Positions 27,301 through 39,077 of a stretch of 64,000 bases of DNA are shown in pieces. The stretch spans positions 1 through 64,000 of the forward strand of contig MCFE01000126.1 in assembly GCA_002104905.1 (NCBI GenBank), in the 5' to 3' direction. This DNA is from Basidiobolus meristosporus CBS 931.73. Taxonomy: Eukaryota > Fungi > Basidiobolomycota. The notes beneath the pieces were generated by a model that made no database searches, was not told where the DNA came from, and saw only the letters and a list, made by a program, of their open reading frames with translations. Numbering within the stretch: the stretch's first letter is position 1; each line of letters begins with the position of its first letter. The translations under genes were made by a program, and so were the position numbers.

Positions 27301-30300
27301 TGCTACGCTCGGACCAGCAACCCTCCACCAACCCACAGGTTGCCAACCTGACTCTTGACACGCAGTGCTATGTCATCTTCACCTCCGGATCCACTGGTCT
27401 TCCCAAGGGGGTGACCGTGGAACACCGGGCTATCCTGAGCTCAGTGCTAACATTCACCGATATCCTTGAGATCGACTCCGCCTCACGAGTGATCCTACTG
27501 TCTGCCTACACCTTCGATGTGTCAGTGTTCGAGATCTTCTCCTCGTTGACACAGGGAGGCACTCTCTGCATGGCGGCCAAGGACAACTTGCTCACCTATC
27601 TTCCGGAGATGATCCGAATGATGGATGTTAGCGTTCTTATTGGTACACCGACAATGCTCAGCATGGTTAATCCCGAGGAAGCGCCAAGCCTCCGCTCTCT
27701 CGGTATCGGGGGTGAGACTTTGTCCGAGGCCATGATCACTGCTTGGTGCGATCGTGTCAAGCTGGTCAACTGCTATGGACCAACGGAGGCAGCAGTGATT
27801 GCCTTGACTCATCATATCACCAGTCCTAGTGATCATGGAATCATCGGCTCACCTCAGGGCAATGTCCACGCTTACATACTTGATGATGGCCTTGGCCTCG
27901 TCCCTATCGGGGTGATTGGTGAGCTGTGCCTAAGTGGGTCTCAGCTCGCTCGTGGGTACATGAAGAGACCAGATCTAACGCGTAGTGCATTTGTCGAACA
28001 CCCCTTCTCTGCAGGAGCGAGGTTGTACAGAACCGGTGATTTGGCCAAGTATCGACCGGACGGCAAGATCGAGTTCATCGGGCGCAAGGACACTCAGATC
28101 AAGCTGAACGGATTGCGGATCGAACTCGGAGAGATTGAGAACACTGTGGCTCTCCACCCAGACGTCCACCACATTGGTGTTCTCCCGCTGACTACAAACG
28201 AAGGTCGAAGAACGCTGGTGGCATTTGTGTGCTTCACCTCCACCTCCAGCTCTACTGCCGATGCTGTTTCCGAGATCGGACTTGTTCATGCGGAACACTA
28301 TGACCAAGTCCGCGCGAACATTGCCGAGATTCAAGAGAAGTGCACCCGCAGCTTGCCCAAGTATATGCTTCCCACGGTCTGGGTTCCACTCAATCGCATG
28401 CCACTCAGCTCCAGCGGTAAGATTGAGCGCAAGTTGCTCGGCCCCATCTTCTCCAATCTCGACTTGGCCGCATTGTATCAGTTTGGAAGTCTGACTGGCT
28501 CCTCGGATGTCACCCCACCCACAACGCCCGTGCAGAATGCTCTCCACGAGATTTGGTGTGAGGTTCTGCAACTCGATCGTCAATCAGTCGGCATTCATGA
28601 TTCTTTCTTCCGACTAGGCGGTGACTCCATCAGAGCCATTCTCCTCTCCTCACAATGTCGTCGCCAAGGTTTAGAGGTGACAGTGCAACAGATATTCGAT
28701 ATGCCCACCATTGCCGAGCTGGGTGCGGTAGTCGTTGATGTCTCCACAAGTAGCATTTCTGCGGGTTCTCAGGTGACCATTGAGCCGTACTCATTGCTCG
28801 GCCTCTCCGTGAGCGAGCTTCGGAAGCTGCTTGAAGATGAGCTTTCATCATTCGGACTGAAAGCTTCGGAAGTGGAGGATGTGTATCCATGTGCTCCGCT
28901 GCAGGAGGGCTTGCTGTCAGGAGTGCTTCGCAACGAGAGCAACTATCTACTCCAGTCTGTGTACGACATTGAGGGTGACCTGGAAGTGGATCGGTTCGAG
29001 CGTGCTTGGACATCGGTGACTCAAGCAAATGCCATCCTTCGTACCACTTTTGTCACCAGCTCTGCTGTTGCAAGATCCCCCATTCTGCAGGTCGTGAAGA
29101 AGGAGATATCATGCGCTATTGCCACCCACATGAGCAGCGAGGAGTCAATAGAAACCCAGCTCAGTGAATACCTCCGGGAAGATTTGAAGCGCGGAGTGAA
29201 GCTTGGGGAACAGATGATTCGGTTTGCGCTGTTCAGTATATCGGAGAAGAAACACAAGTTTGTGTTGACCCTTTCCCATGCACTTTATGATGGCTGGTCA
29301 TTACCACTCATATTGAGTGATGTATATGTGGCATACATGGGTGGTTTACTCCCAACAAGGAAGCCCTATTCAGTATTTGTTGAGTATCTACTTAACCAGA
29401 ATGAACAGCTGGCTTCACAACATTGGCAGCGCTACTTGGATGAAATGGTTCCTACGGAACTTGTTCGTGTTAGCGACTCACAAAAGGTCCATACCTCTTC
29501 TTTCGTCAGAAACTCCGTACCCCTTGAACTTGCGTGCATCAAAAACTTTTGCAAGCAAGCACGGAGTTACTCTTTCTACACTTGTACGAGCAGCATGGAC
29601 CCTCGTCCTCAGCAAGCATGCAAATACTGAGGATGTACTATTTGGTGTTACTGTTTCCGGGCGAAACATTCCAGTTGATGGTATAGATGAGATGACTGGA
29701 CCTTGCATCAATACAATCCCCTTTAGAAGCACTGTTAATCAGGAACAATCGGTTTTAGACTGGTTATTGGAAATTCAACAGCAACAGAGTCGTACGCTTC
29801 CCTATGAATACTTCAGTCTTCGACAAATCCAACAAATCTGCCAAGTTGACAACCGCCGACCATTATTCCAAAGCTTGTTAGCGTTCCAAAACTTACCTAA
29901 TGTGGACCAACAGTCCAGCATTTCATTACCTTTCGCAGTTATTCCTTCCAAGGGTGAACTTGGTTTGGAATACCCGGTTGTTGTTTCGGTGGAACCCCAT
30001 GGAGCGACGCTGAACATTGAAATTGCCTACGATGCCAACGCAATTCCTACCACTGAGGCCAAATGGTTGCTATCACATATGTGTACAGCGGTCTACAATT
30101 TAGTTCTACAATCTGGCGAGAATGTTGGTATGGTATCGTTGATAGATGATGTTGAAAGACGTATCCTTCTTGACGATTGGAATCCCATTGAGAATGAGAA
30201 GGTCCAGGGTGACTATATTCACCAGCTTTTCGAACGTCAAGTGCTTGAATCCCCAAATGAGCCAGCTGTGGCATTCTACAACGGCACCACACTTACCTAC

Positions 30301-33300
30301 TCTCAGTTGAACACACATGCCAATCAACTCGCTAACCGATTGGTGTCATTAGGCATTGGCCCAGATGTTATCGTTCCGATACTATTCGAAAAATCAGTCT
30401 ATATGATTATTTCGATTCTAGCAGTCTTGAAGGCTGGTGGCGCTTATGTGCCACTAAATGCAGAAGGACCCGTCGATCGTAATGATTTTATTATCCGAGA
30501 TACAAATGCAATCCTTGCCATTGTGGATGAAGCACACGCACACACTATCAACTCGGGCGTTGCTAAAGTGATATATGGCGAGAGCCATCTAGTTGAATGT
30601 GAAAGCTATTCTTCCCAGAATCCGACAATAGCAAATGCAACCCATAGTAACCTATGCTATGTGATCTATACATCTGGATCAACAGGAACTCCAAAAGGTG
30701 TAATGATTGAGCATCTATCAGCTGTTCAATTTGCCACCAGTCGTCAGGGACAATGGCAGCTTGGAAAGAAGAATCGAGTCCTCCAGTTTGCGAACTACAT
30801 TTTCGACATGTCGGTGATGGATATCTTTGTTACTCTGCTAAACGGTGCTTGTCTATGTTTAGCCACTAAGGATAACATGGTTTCAAACCTTGCTCAAGTC
30901 ATAAACGATATGCACATCAATACGATAGAATTGACTCCAGCAGTGCTCAGCTTACTTAACCCGAAGGATGTTCCTACCGTAAAGCATGTTTCTATTGGTG
31001 GTGAGCTTGCTAGTAATGAATTAATTTCTCGGTGGAAGGATGCAGTTCAATTCCAGAATATGTACGGCCCTACAGAGTGTTCAGTTCTAGTTACGATGAA
31101 CGATATCAACAAGTATCCACAGGGAAATGTTATTGGAAAGCCACTCCCAAGTACCCAGATATATATCTTGGATAGTGACCTCCGCCTATGCCCTATAGGA
31201 GTAATTGGTGAACTCTGTGTTGGAGGGCCACAATTAGCTCGTGGTTACCTTAACCAACCAGAGACTACTCGGGCAAACTTTGTGGATCATCCATTCATCT
31301 CTGGGGAAAGAATCTACAAGACAGGTGATCTTGCCAAATGGAGACCGGACGGTAGTATTGAATACATAGGCAGAAGGGATTTCCAGATCAAGCTGAATGG
31401 ACTTCGTATCGAACTTGGAGAAATCGAAGCTACGTTATCTCAGATTACATCCGTTCAAAACATCGCCATTACTCTGGAACTACTAGAAAGTGGCAAAAAT
31501 GTGCTGAATGCCTATGTTCAGTTTAAGACGGCCAACATGGCCCATGACAACGAGCTGCGTATTCTCACGGTAGAAGACAACGAATTTATAGAGCAATTAA
31601 TTGCCGAGTCTTGCGACTTTGCTTCGAGTAAGCTCCCAAGCTATATGATTCCATCGACGTGGATCCCGGTGAGTGTGATGCCATTAACTCCCAGCGGTAA
31701 AATCGATCGGAAACAATTGAAGAGTTTATTCAAGTCAGCTGACGTTGGAAAAGGTTCCTCTTCTGACGAGGAGTCGAGTAAAAGAAATGTCCAGCAACCC
31801 GAAACTTTGGTTGAGGCCAAGCTAAGAGATATTTGGAGTGAGGTCTTGAACGTTAAGAAAACGGATATTGGGATACATCAGTCGTTCTTCCGTCTTGGTG
31901 GCGACTCCATATCAGCCATTCATGTTACCTCCAAATGTCGCCAAACTGGTCTACAAGTAACCGTGAATCAGATATTTGAGCAGCCTACGATCCACAAATT
32001 GGCAAAGGTTACTACTGAGCTTTCTTCGTCTACTTCGCGGATTGAAAAGGTTGTCGATGGACTAGTCAGACTCACTCCAGTACAACAGTGGTACCTTCAA
32101 CAAGCGGACCAAAAATGCTACTTCCACCAGTCTTTCTTCCTGAAAGTCTCCAAGTATGTTGACCCTAATGCCGTCAAGAATGCCTTGACTACCTTGGTCA
32201 AGCATCATGATATGCTGCGTTGCAGATTCACGAATGACAATGGCCACTGGTCGCAGGAAATCTCCTCTACCTCCGAGGAGATATCTCTTGACGTGGTGGA
32301 TGTCACCAGAGAGAATCTCGAAGAGGCTGTGGCCACTGTGCACGATAGAATAGATGTCTTCACTGGTCCTATGTGTGCCTTCGGCCTGTTCACTCTTGAG
32401 GGTGCTCAGTACCTCCTACTAGCCATCCACCATCTTGCGGTGGACTTTGTCTCGTGGCGAGTGCTGTTTGAGGACCTGGAAGACCTGTTACTCGGAAAGC
32501 CCCTCCCCGGAAAGACCATGTCCTTCCAACAATGGTCAAGACTTCTCACTGAGCATGCGGCCAGTCTGGACACCAGTGACTGGCCCGTGGACAACATCCA
32601 TAACCGGTTCAGCTCGGATCTAGATCTGACTAGGAACACGGTTGACTCTAGCAAGACCATGACGTTCACCCTGGACAAGGAGGTGAGCCAACTATTGCTT
32701 GGAAGTAGCAACGATGCGTTCCGCACCAAGCCAACTGAGCTGATTGTGGCTGCCTTGGCAGAGGCGTTTTGTGAAGTGTTCAGCCAGGACGGAATGACTC
32801 TGGCGATGGAGGCTCATGGAAGAGAGCCATGGGAGGATAGTATTGACATCTCCCGGACTGTTGGGTGGTTCACTTCGATCTATCCCCTGGCACTGGCCAT
32901 CTCCCCTGGTGACCACACCACCTCGATTCTCAAACGCGTGAAGGATACAATGAGAATGATTCCATCAAATGGGTTTGCCTATGGCCTACTCCGATTCCTC
33001 AACGAGCAGCACTCGCACAGGTACAAAGAGGACCTTCTCCCGATATCGTTCAACTATGCCGGTCGTTTCCAGCAACTGGAGAAGTCCGACTCCATGCTGC
33101 AATTCGTGACTGATATCCAGCTGAAAGATCACAGCTTTTCACCAGACTCCAGGCGTTTGTTTGTGTTTGACGTTGGAGCAATTGCCCTCTATGACACAAT
33201 GCAGTTCAGCATCACCTTCAGCGAGAATCTTCACTCAGAGGTGCTGATTCAGTCCTGGCTCAGTGCATGGAACACAAAGTTGGTAACGCTGGTAACCTTG

Positions 33301-36300
33301 TGTGCTCAGCAAGAGAACGCCCAGTTCACTCTCTCTGATCTTCCGCTCCTTAGCATGTCTACCGAGGAACTCGACACCCTGATGAGCATCACCCTTCCCG
33401 AGGCAAATATCGACATGAACAACGTCGAGGATGTGTATCCATGCCTTGCTATGCAGGATGGCCTGTTGGCAGGTACTATGAAAGACAAGGAGCAGTATGT
33501 CGTGCGAGTTGTGTTTGACATCACCGGAGCATTCGACTCTGAGCGATTCTTTGCTGCTTGGCATCAAACCATCGAGAACAATGCTGCCTTGCGAACAGTG
33601 TTTGTGCCCAACCCCAGCTCCATGAGTGTTGGCTGTCTGCAAGTACTGCTCAAGAAACTGACTGTTCCCGCTGAGCAGTATACCTGCAACAAGGAGGATG
33701 TGGACCTGATGATCGAAGAGTACCTGAAGCAGACTGTCAACAAGGGATTCAACATGGGTGAGCCGATGCTGGCACTCGCCATGTTCCAGATCACCGAGGA
33801 GCATCGTCGCTTCGTTTGGGTCATCCATCATGCCATCTTTGACGGTTGGTCCAACGGAATCATCATGAACGATGTACTCAGCACATACCTTGGCTTTGAA
33901 GTGGCAAGCAAGCCTTCATACAGGGAATTCGTGAAGCACATCATCTCTCAAAGCGCCGAAGACTCTAAGCATTTCTGGGAGCTTCAGCTTTCGGGCGTCG
34001 AGCCATCGGTATTCCCCAGGCTCAGCACAGAGGCTGTGTCCTTACCGAGAGCCATCGTGTCACATGAGAAGATTGGCTACACTGTACAGGAGATAAGCAA
34101 ATTTGCCCAAGAGAACAAGATCACGGTAGCCACACTTCTTCGTGCTGGATGGGGATTGCTGCTTCAGCAGTACCTGAACAGTGAGGATGTGGTGTTCGGA
34201 GTCACTGTTTCGGGAAGGAATGTAGCAATCGATGGGGTGGAGAGCATTGTTGGGCCATGTATTAGCACTATACCATTCAGAGTTCAGTATGAGGAAAAGA
34301 AAGTATCTGAATGGTTGGAGGACCTACATGCCCAGTACGGAGCCACTGTTCCACATGAGTATTACAGTCTTCGAGATATACAGCAAGCCAATGTGGGAGA
34401 ACAATTGTTCGACACTATCATGGTTTATCAAAATTATCCTCCACCTTCTGTACGACCAAGTGATATTCCATTCCAGTTCAACGTGCAGCGGTTTGTGGAA
34501 ACTACGGAATACCCATTGTCATTAGCCGTTGTACCTTCCTCAACTGAAATGACATTCAGAGTAGAGGGCAAGCGTTCGGATCTCACGATTGAGCAAATCA
34601 CTTTGATAGCCAAACGCTACAAGCAAATTATTGAGTCATTAATTGAGAATGTCGACAATTCCACTGCCAGGATTGACTTCTTAATTCCAGGTGAAAGACA
34701 CAAATTGATGGTGGATTGGAACGCCACCGAGCAAGAAGTGCCGAATTGTTTGCTACACCAACTGTTCGAAAATCAGGCAGAGATGCACCCAGATTCCATA
34801 GCTCTGGTGGCAGAAGATATGTCTAAAATGAGCTACGAAACGTTGAACATGAAGGCCAATCGATTGGCACACTACCTGATACGCTCAGGACTTCCCCGAA
34901 ATAGCATGGTTTTAGCATGCTTCGAAAAGTCAACGACAATGATCATTACAATTCTTGCCATCATGAAGGCAGGAGCGGTTTATGTTCCAATTGATCCCGA
35001 GGCTCCAGTTGATAGAATCAAGTTCATCTACGAAAATACAAATGCGACACATGCTGTGGTAGCTCCCTCCCTCCGTACTTTGTTTGGACAAGTAGAAAGA
35101 CAAGGCCTTCAAGTCCTCCAGTATGAGGAAATCATGGTTCAAGGTCAGCCAGTAGATAACCCTTATGTTCATCAACTAGCCCCTTCGGACCTTTGTTACG
35201 TTATCTTCACATCTGGCTCCACCGGTACCCCCAAGGGAGTCATGGTAGAACATCACTCGATAGTCAATTCTACCTGGACCACAGGAGCACTGTTCAAAAT
35301 CCAAAGGGAAAGTCGAATTCTCCAGGTCACCAATTATACTTTTGATGTCTCGATTATGGAGATCTTTGCCACACTTACCTACGGCGCTACTCTTTGTATA
35401 GCAAGTAAAGATAGCTTGCTCACCAATTTCGAAGAAGTCATCAACAGGCTGCAGGCTACACACGTATTGTCAACCCCAACATTGATCAAGATGGTCCGTC
35501 CGGATCAGACTCCGTCTCTTCAGCTGCTTGGGGTTGGCGGAGAAGCCTTTTCCGTTGCTGATATCGCCAATTGGACACCATATGTTGAGGTAATCAACTT
35601 TTACGGCCCAACTGAAGCGGCAGTAGACGTGTTTTCTCACCAACTAAACGGCCCATCCGACTTCAGTGTAATTGGTCGCCCCAAGGGGAATGTTCAAGCG
35701 TATATCTTGTCAACTGATATGCGAAACTGTCCGATATCGGTTATTGGTGAACTCTACCTGAGCGGGCCACAATTAGCTCGTGGGTATTTGAATCGACCCG
35801 ATCTGACGAAGGAAGCGTTTAATATGCATCCATTTGCTGAAGGGGAAAGAATCTACAAGACAGGCGATCTTGCTAGATATCGACCAGATGGCACCATTGA
35901 GTTCATTGGCCGTAAAGACTCCCAGATTAAGCTCAACGGATTCCGCATTGAGCTTGGTGAGATTGATAACGTGATGCTGCAGAGTCCCTCTGTATCGTAC
36001 GTCTCTACCCTTCCGGTTACTCTTGACCAGGGCAGTCGCTCATTAGTTAGTTTCATTTGTATTGAGCAACTTTCTGATTCCTTCTCCGAGATGGAACTCG
36101 TAACTATGGAGATGCTTCCATCGATATCGAGATTGATTCAAGAAATACTACTCACTCTATCCAAAAAGCTGCCACACTACATGATACCATCCAACATTGT
36201 ACCAGTTACTCGCATGCCACTAACCAGCAATGGTAAGGCTAACCATAAGGAGTTAATAGCGTTCTACCGCGATCACAAAGATAAGGGCCTGATTCAACTG

Positions 36301-38652
36301 CCCGGCAAAGCAGTCGACAAGGTAGTAACTCCTCCACAAAATTCGATACAAAAGACGATCCGCCATATCTGGAGTACTATTCTCAACCTGGAAGAAGAGA
36401 GCATCAGTATATATGATACATTCCTGCGAATTGGAGGCGACTCTATCTCTGCCATACAAGTTTCCTCCAAGTGCCGTCAGAACGGTATCTACCTCAGTGT
36501 TCAACAGATTCTATCTGTACCCACTATCGCACAACAGGCCACCTTGGTTGATCAGAACGGGGCGATTAATATGACTAATGACGACCCAGTTTCCGGTGAT
36601 ATACTTCTCACTCCAATCCAACACTGGTTCTTCGAACAAGAGCCCGACAATGTGGACCACTTTAATCAATCATTCTTGTTGCGTTTGCCATCACACATGG
36701 ATTATGAGGCTGTACATTCTATGGTCGAAAGTCTTGTTAACCACCATGATATGCTTCGCTGCCGCTTTGCCTATGAGGACAATACCTGGAAGCAGTATAT
36801 TCCCAAAGAAATCCAACCCATTACTATCGAGCACAAACATGTTACCGCTGGCGAATTGGATCAAGAACTTTGCAGAATGCAAACCATGCTAGATATCGAG
36901 AATGGGCCTATGTACGCAGCCGGACTAATCGAGATTTCCTCCGGTGAGAAGCTTGTTTTCATGACAATCCACCATTTGGTGGTGGACCTTGTGTCTTGGC
37001 GGATTATACTGGAAGACATTGAGTGCCTAGTACAGGGGCAAACCCTCCCACCCAAGACAACCTCCTTCCAGAAGTGGGCAAGCCTGTTGAGCGAACGTGC
37101 TTCTAAGATTGACCCAACTTCCTGGCCTGGGGCATCCTCCTCCGAATCGATCATCGATGATGCGACACTGGACCCATCACTAAACACCATCGACTCCTCT
37201 CAACGCCTGGACTTTGCATTGGATAAAGAACAGACAAGCGTACTACTCGGCCTCTGCAACAATGCATACGACACTGAAGCAGTAAACTTGATCTTGGCGG
37301 CACTCGTCAAATCGTACTTTGATATTTTCGATAGATCTGTATTTTCTGTGACTCTGGAGGGCCACGGACGAGAGGCCTGGGATAGCTCCATCGATCTCTC
37401 GAGGACTGTTGGGTGGTTTACCACTCTGTATCCGGTTTCTTTCGCACAAAGCAGCACAGATGACCTTCCTGGGTTGATAGCAGAGGTGAAAGCTCGGGTC
37501 AAAGAGATAACTCCCACGAAAGGGCTAAACTACGGTCTACTGCGCTACCTGAATTCAAAACGCCACCAAGAACTCAATGATCCCTACGAGATTGGGTTCA
37601 ATTATGTTGGCCGTTTCCAACAACTGGAACGCAAGGACTCCCTTGTGACCCTCGCTTCTGGATATTCGTTGAGTAGCTCCGATGTGGACCCACATATGAG
37701 ACGTCCTCATGTCTTTGATGTTTCTGGACTTGTCTACAAGGATGCTCTTCAATTGTCCATTCGTTTTAGCCGGGCCTTACACTCCGTAGAACTTGTGCAG
37801 CGATGGTTGGATTCCTGGAGCGGGCATTTGCTTGAGGTGATCGACCATTGCAGATTGGTAGCAGAATCCCGTATACCGGACTTGGTGGCTCCCAATGAGG
37901 CAGGCCCTGCCGACGTGGAGATCAGTGAATCGTTTTTGAAGGAGCTCACATCAAGTATCGAAGAACGTCACAACTCCTCCGACTGCCTTATTCCCCTTGC
38001 AATGAAACCATCCACAGCTCCTATATTCGTGGTTCATTGCGTCAGTGGTGTGGCATCGTACTATGCCTCCTTGAATCCGTATATTCAACGAACCACGTAT
38101 GGTATCTGCGACCCGCTTTTCACAAGCACCGAGAAGTTTCAAAGCATCGAAGAGATGGCAAGCTGCTACGTGAAGGCCATTTTGTCCATGCAACCGGAGG
38201 GGCCCTACACGGTTGCGGGCTACTCGATGGGTGGAGTGATCGCATGGGAAGTAGCCCAGCAATTGATGGCGAGTGGCAACTTTGTTGAACGGCTTGTGAT
38301 CATTGATTCGCCATTCCCTGGCGTCGCATACAAGGCTGATGAGCAAGAACACTCCGACAATATCAATCAACGCGTGGGAACCTCGATAGACTCAAGCTCG
38401 CTCGGACTGATTCAGGCCGAAACCTTCAACAACTCGAGGAACGCTAGTAAATATCAGCCCAGAGAGTATGACGGCCTTACGATCTTGATCAGGGCCCACT
38501 CTTCGGATCCACAGCTCAAAGAGGAATGGTTTGACGAATGGCCTAAGTACTGCCATCAAATCGAGACCCGCAGTGTTCATGGAAAGCATTCGGACCTCAT
38601 GGTGGAGCCGGTAGTGCAGCAAATCGCTGGAATTCTCAACGAGACACCTTAG
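9367..38652 (+). CDS. Heptamodular NRPS with FAS-type acyltransferase loading module: AT-T-(CAT)-(CATE)-(CAT)-(CAT)-(CAT)-(CATE)-(CATE)-TE, ~9761 aa after correcting six 1-nt indels
   Basis: Consecutive large + ORFs (9346-11295, 11283-14021, 13825-22104, 22101-22346, 22304-25522, 25506-29630, 29317-38652) join into one colinear protein. It has 7 A domains (FTSGSTGxPKG or YTSGSTGTPKG, YGPTE, YR/KTGDL, GRxDxQxKLNGxRIELxEI), 8 GGDSI carriers, 7 C, 3 E and a GYSMG thioesterase. Indels at ~11278(-1), ~13935(+1), ~22017(-1), ~22279(-1), ~25515(+1), ~29549(+1) sum to zero, and 9367-38652 = 29286 nt = 9762 codons. Confidence 0.9.
9640..10750 (+). other. Fas1-like acetyl/starter-unit acyltransferase (SAT) domain of the NRPS
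   Basis: Motifs TFGGQG (9697), GHSQG (Ser codon 10024), PSPMIAV, VCAGPxxSLY, PFH (10441), TDDGRDLR and HNLDFGP occur in the same order as in the yeast Fas1 AT domain (IFGGQG, GHSQG, PSPMLSI, VVSGPPQSLY, PFH, TFDGSDLR, HILDFGP). Confidence 0.85.
10850..11065 (+). other. Loading carrier domain T0
   Basis: SFFSLGGDSILAIEL, with the phosphopantetheine Ser codon at 10951. Confidence 0.9.
11170..14340 (+). other. NRPS module 1 (C-A-T); A code DVFIGGCVIK
   Basis: C motif MLHTLYDG, A core motifs, GGDSIRA. Code read by eye against GrsA positions. Confidence 0.85.
12560..14887 (+). repeat. NRPS internal repeat A (A1-T1-N half of C2), near-identical copy at ~26960-29286
   Basis: Line-by-line nucleotide match at offset ~14400 with only scattered substitutions and one indel. 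Confidence 0.95.
14460..18960 (+). other. NRPS module 2 (C-A-T-E); A code DVMAASFVNK
   Basis: C motif LSHALYDG. E motifs IHHLAVDFVSWR, MEAHGRE, SRTVGWFT. Confidence 0.85.
17698..19945 (+). repeat. NRPS internal repeat B (E2-most of C3), near-identical copy at ~32089-34336
   Basis: Match at offset ~14391. Confidence 0.95.
19020..22160 (+). other. NRPS module 3 (C-A-T); A code DMAEAGMVHK
   Basis: C motif IHHAIFDG follows an E domain. The T domain is restored by the 1-nt correction at ~22017. Confidence 0.85.
20812..23238 (+). repeat. NRPS internal repeat C (A3 from core motif A3-T3-most of C4), near-identical copy at ~24086-26515
   Basis: Match at offset ~3275. Confidence 0.95.
22300..25440 (+). 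other. NRPS module 4 (C-A-T); A code DMAEAGMVHK
   Basis: C motif ILHALYDG. The specificity region is near-identical to module 3. Confidence 0.85.
25580..28730 (+). other. NRPS module 5 (C-A-T); A code DVFIGGCVIK
   Basis: The A-T region is near-identical to module 1 at nucleotide level. Confidence 0.85.
28870..33350 (+). other. NRPS module 6 (C-A-T-E); A code DMMESGMVLK
   Basis: C motif LSHALYDG. The E domain is near-identical to the module 2 E domain. Confidence 0.85.
33420..37870 (+). other. NRPS module 7 (C-A-T-E); A code DVMLGGFVDK
   Basis: C motif IHHAIFDG. E motifs IHHLVVDLVSWR, LEGHGRE, SRTVGWFT. Confidence 0.85.
37980..38652 (+). other. Terminal type I thioesterase domain
   Basis: IFVVH..GPYTVAGYSMGG (Ser codon 38224)..LVIIDS..GKHSDL (His codon 38587). 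Confidence 0.85.
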
Positions 38653-39077
38653 ATGTAGCAATCCTCGGTTTGCAAGATATTAAATAAATTGAAGTCAACT
38701 ACGACGCAGGTTCTGATGATTAGTGATAGGTGATGGGTGATGGGTGATTGGTGATGGGTACACATTTTAATTGCACTCGAAATTGCTGTATATGGGTCTT
38801 GATCATTAAACAGCCCTTTGCCACTCAAAATCATTTCCTTGGCTGTTTACTCACTCCTATCGCTACTACTGTACATCCCTTTCCAAGCCTATCTCCAGCA
38901 TGGATGCCATGAAAATAACTTGTAGATGGCACGTCCCTTGATGAATGAATCCAATTTCCGGGATCCTGGGGCACAAACCCAGCCACCCACCAAAGCAAGA
39001 CACGGGATGGTTCCTTTACTTCAACTTGTTCAAACCATTTATTCAAAACTATATACATTACATTCCTCCACCCGCTA

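Noticed and set aside
11270-29555. Introns or separate genes as the explanation for the NRPS ORF breaks
   Set aside because: Each break is fixed by one base, paralogous copies show the uninterrupted sequence, and no sequence needs removing.
10006-38370. Many antisense and alternate-frame ORFs inside the NRPS (e.g. 18844-19440, 22370-23050, 27975-28583)
   Set aside because: Shadow ORFs from codon bias with no recognisable motifs; they recur only because the DNA is duplicated.
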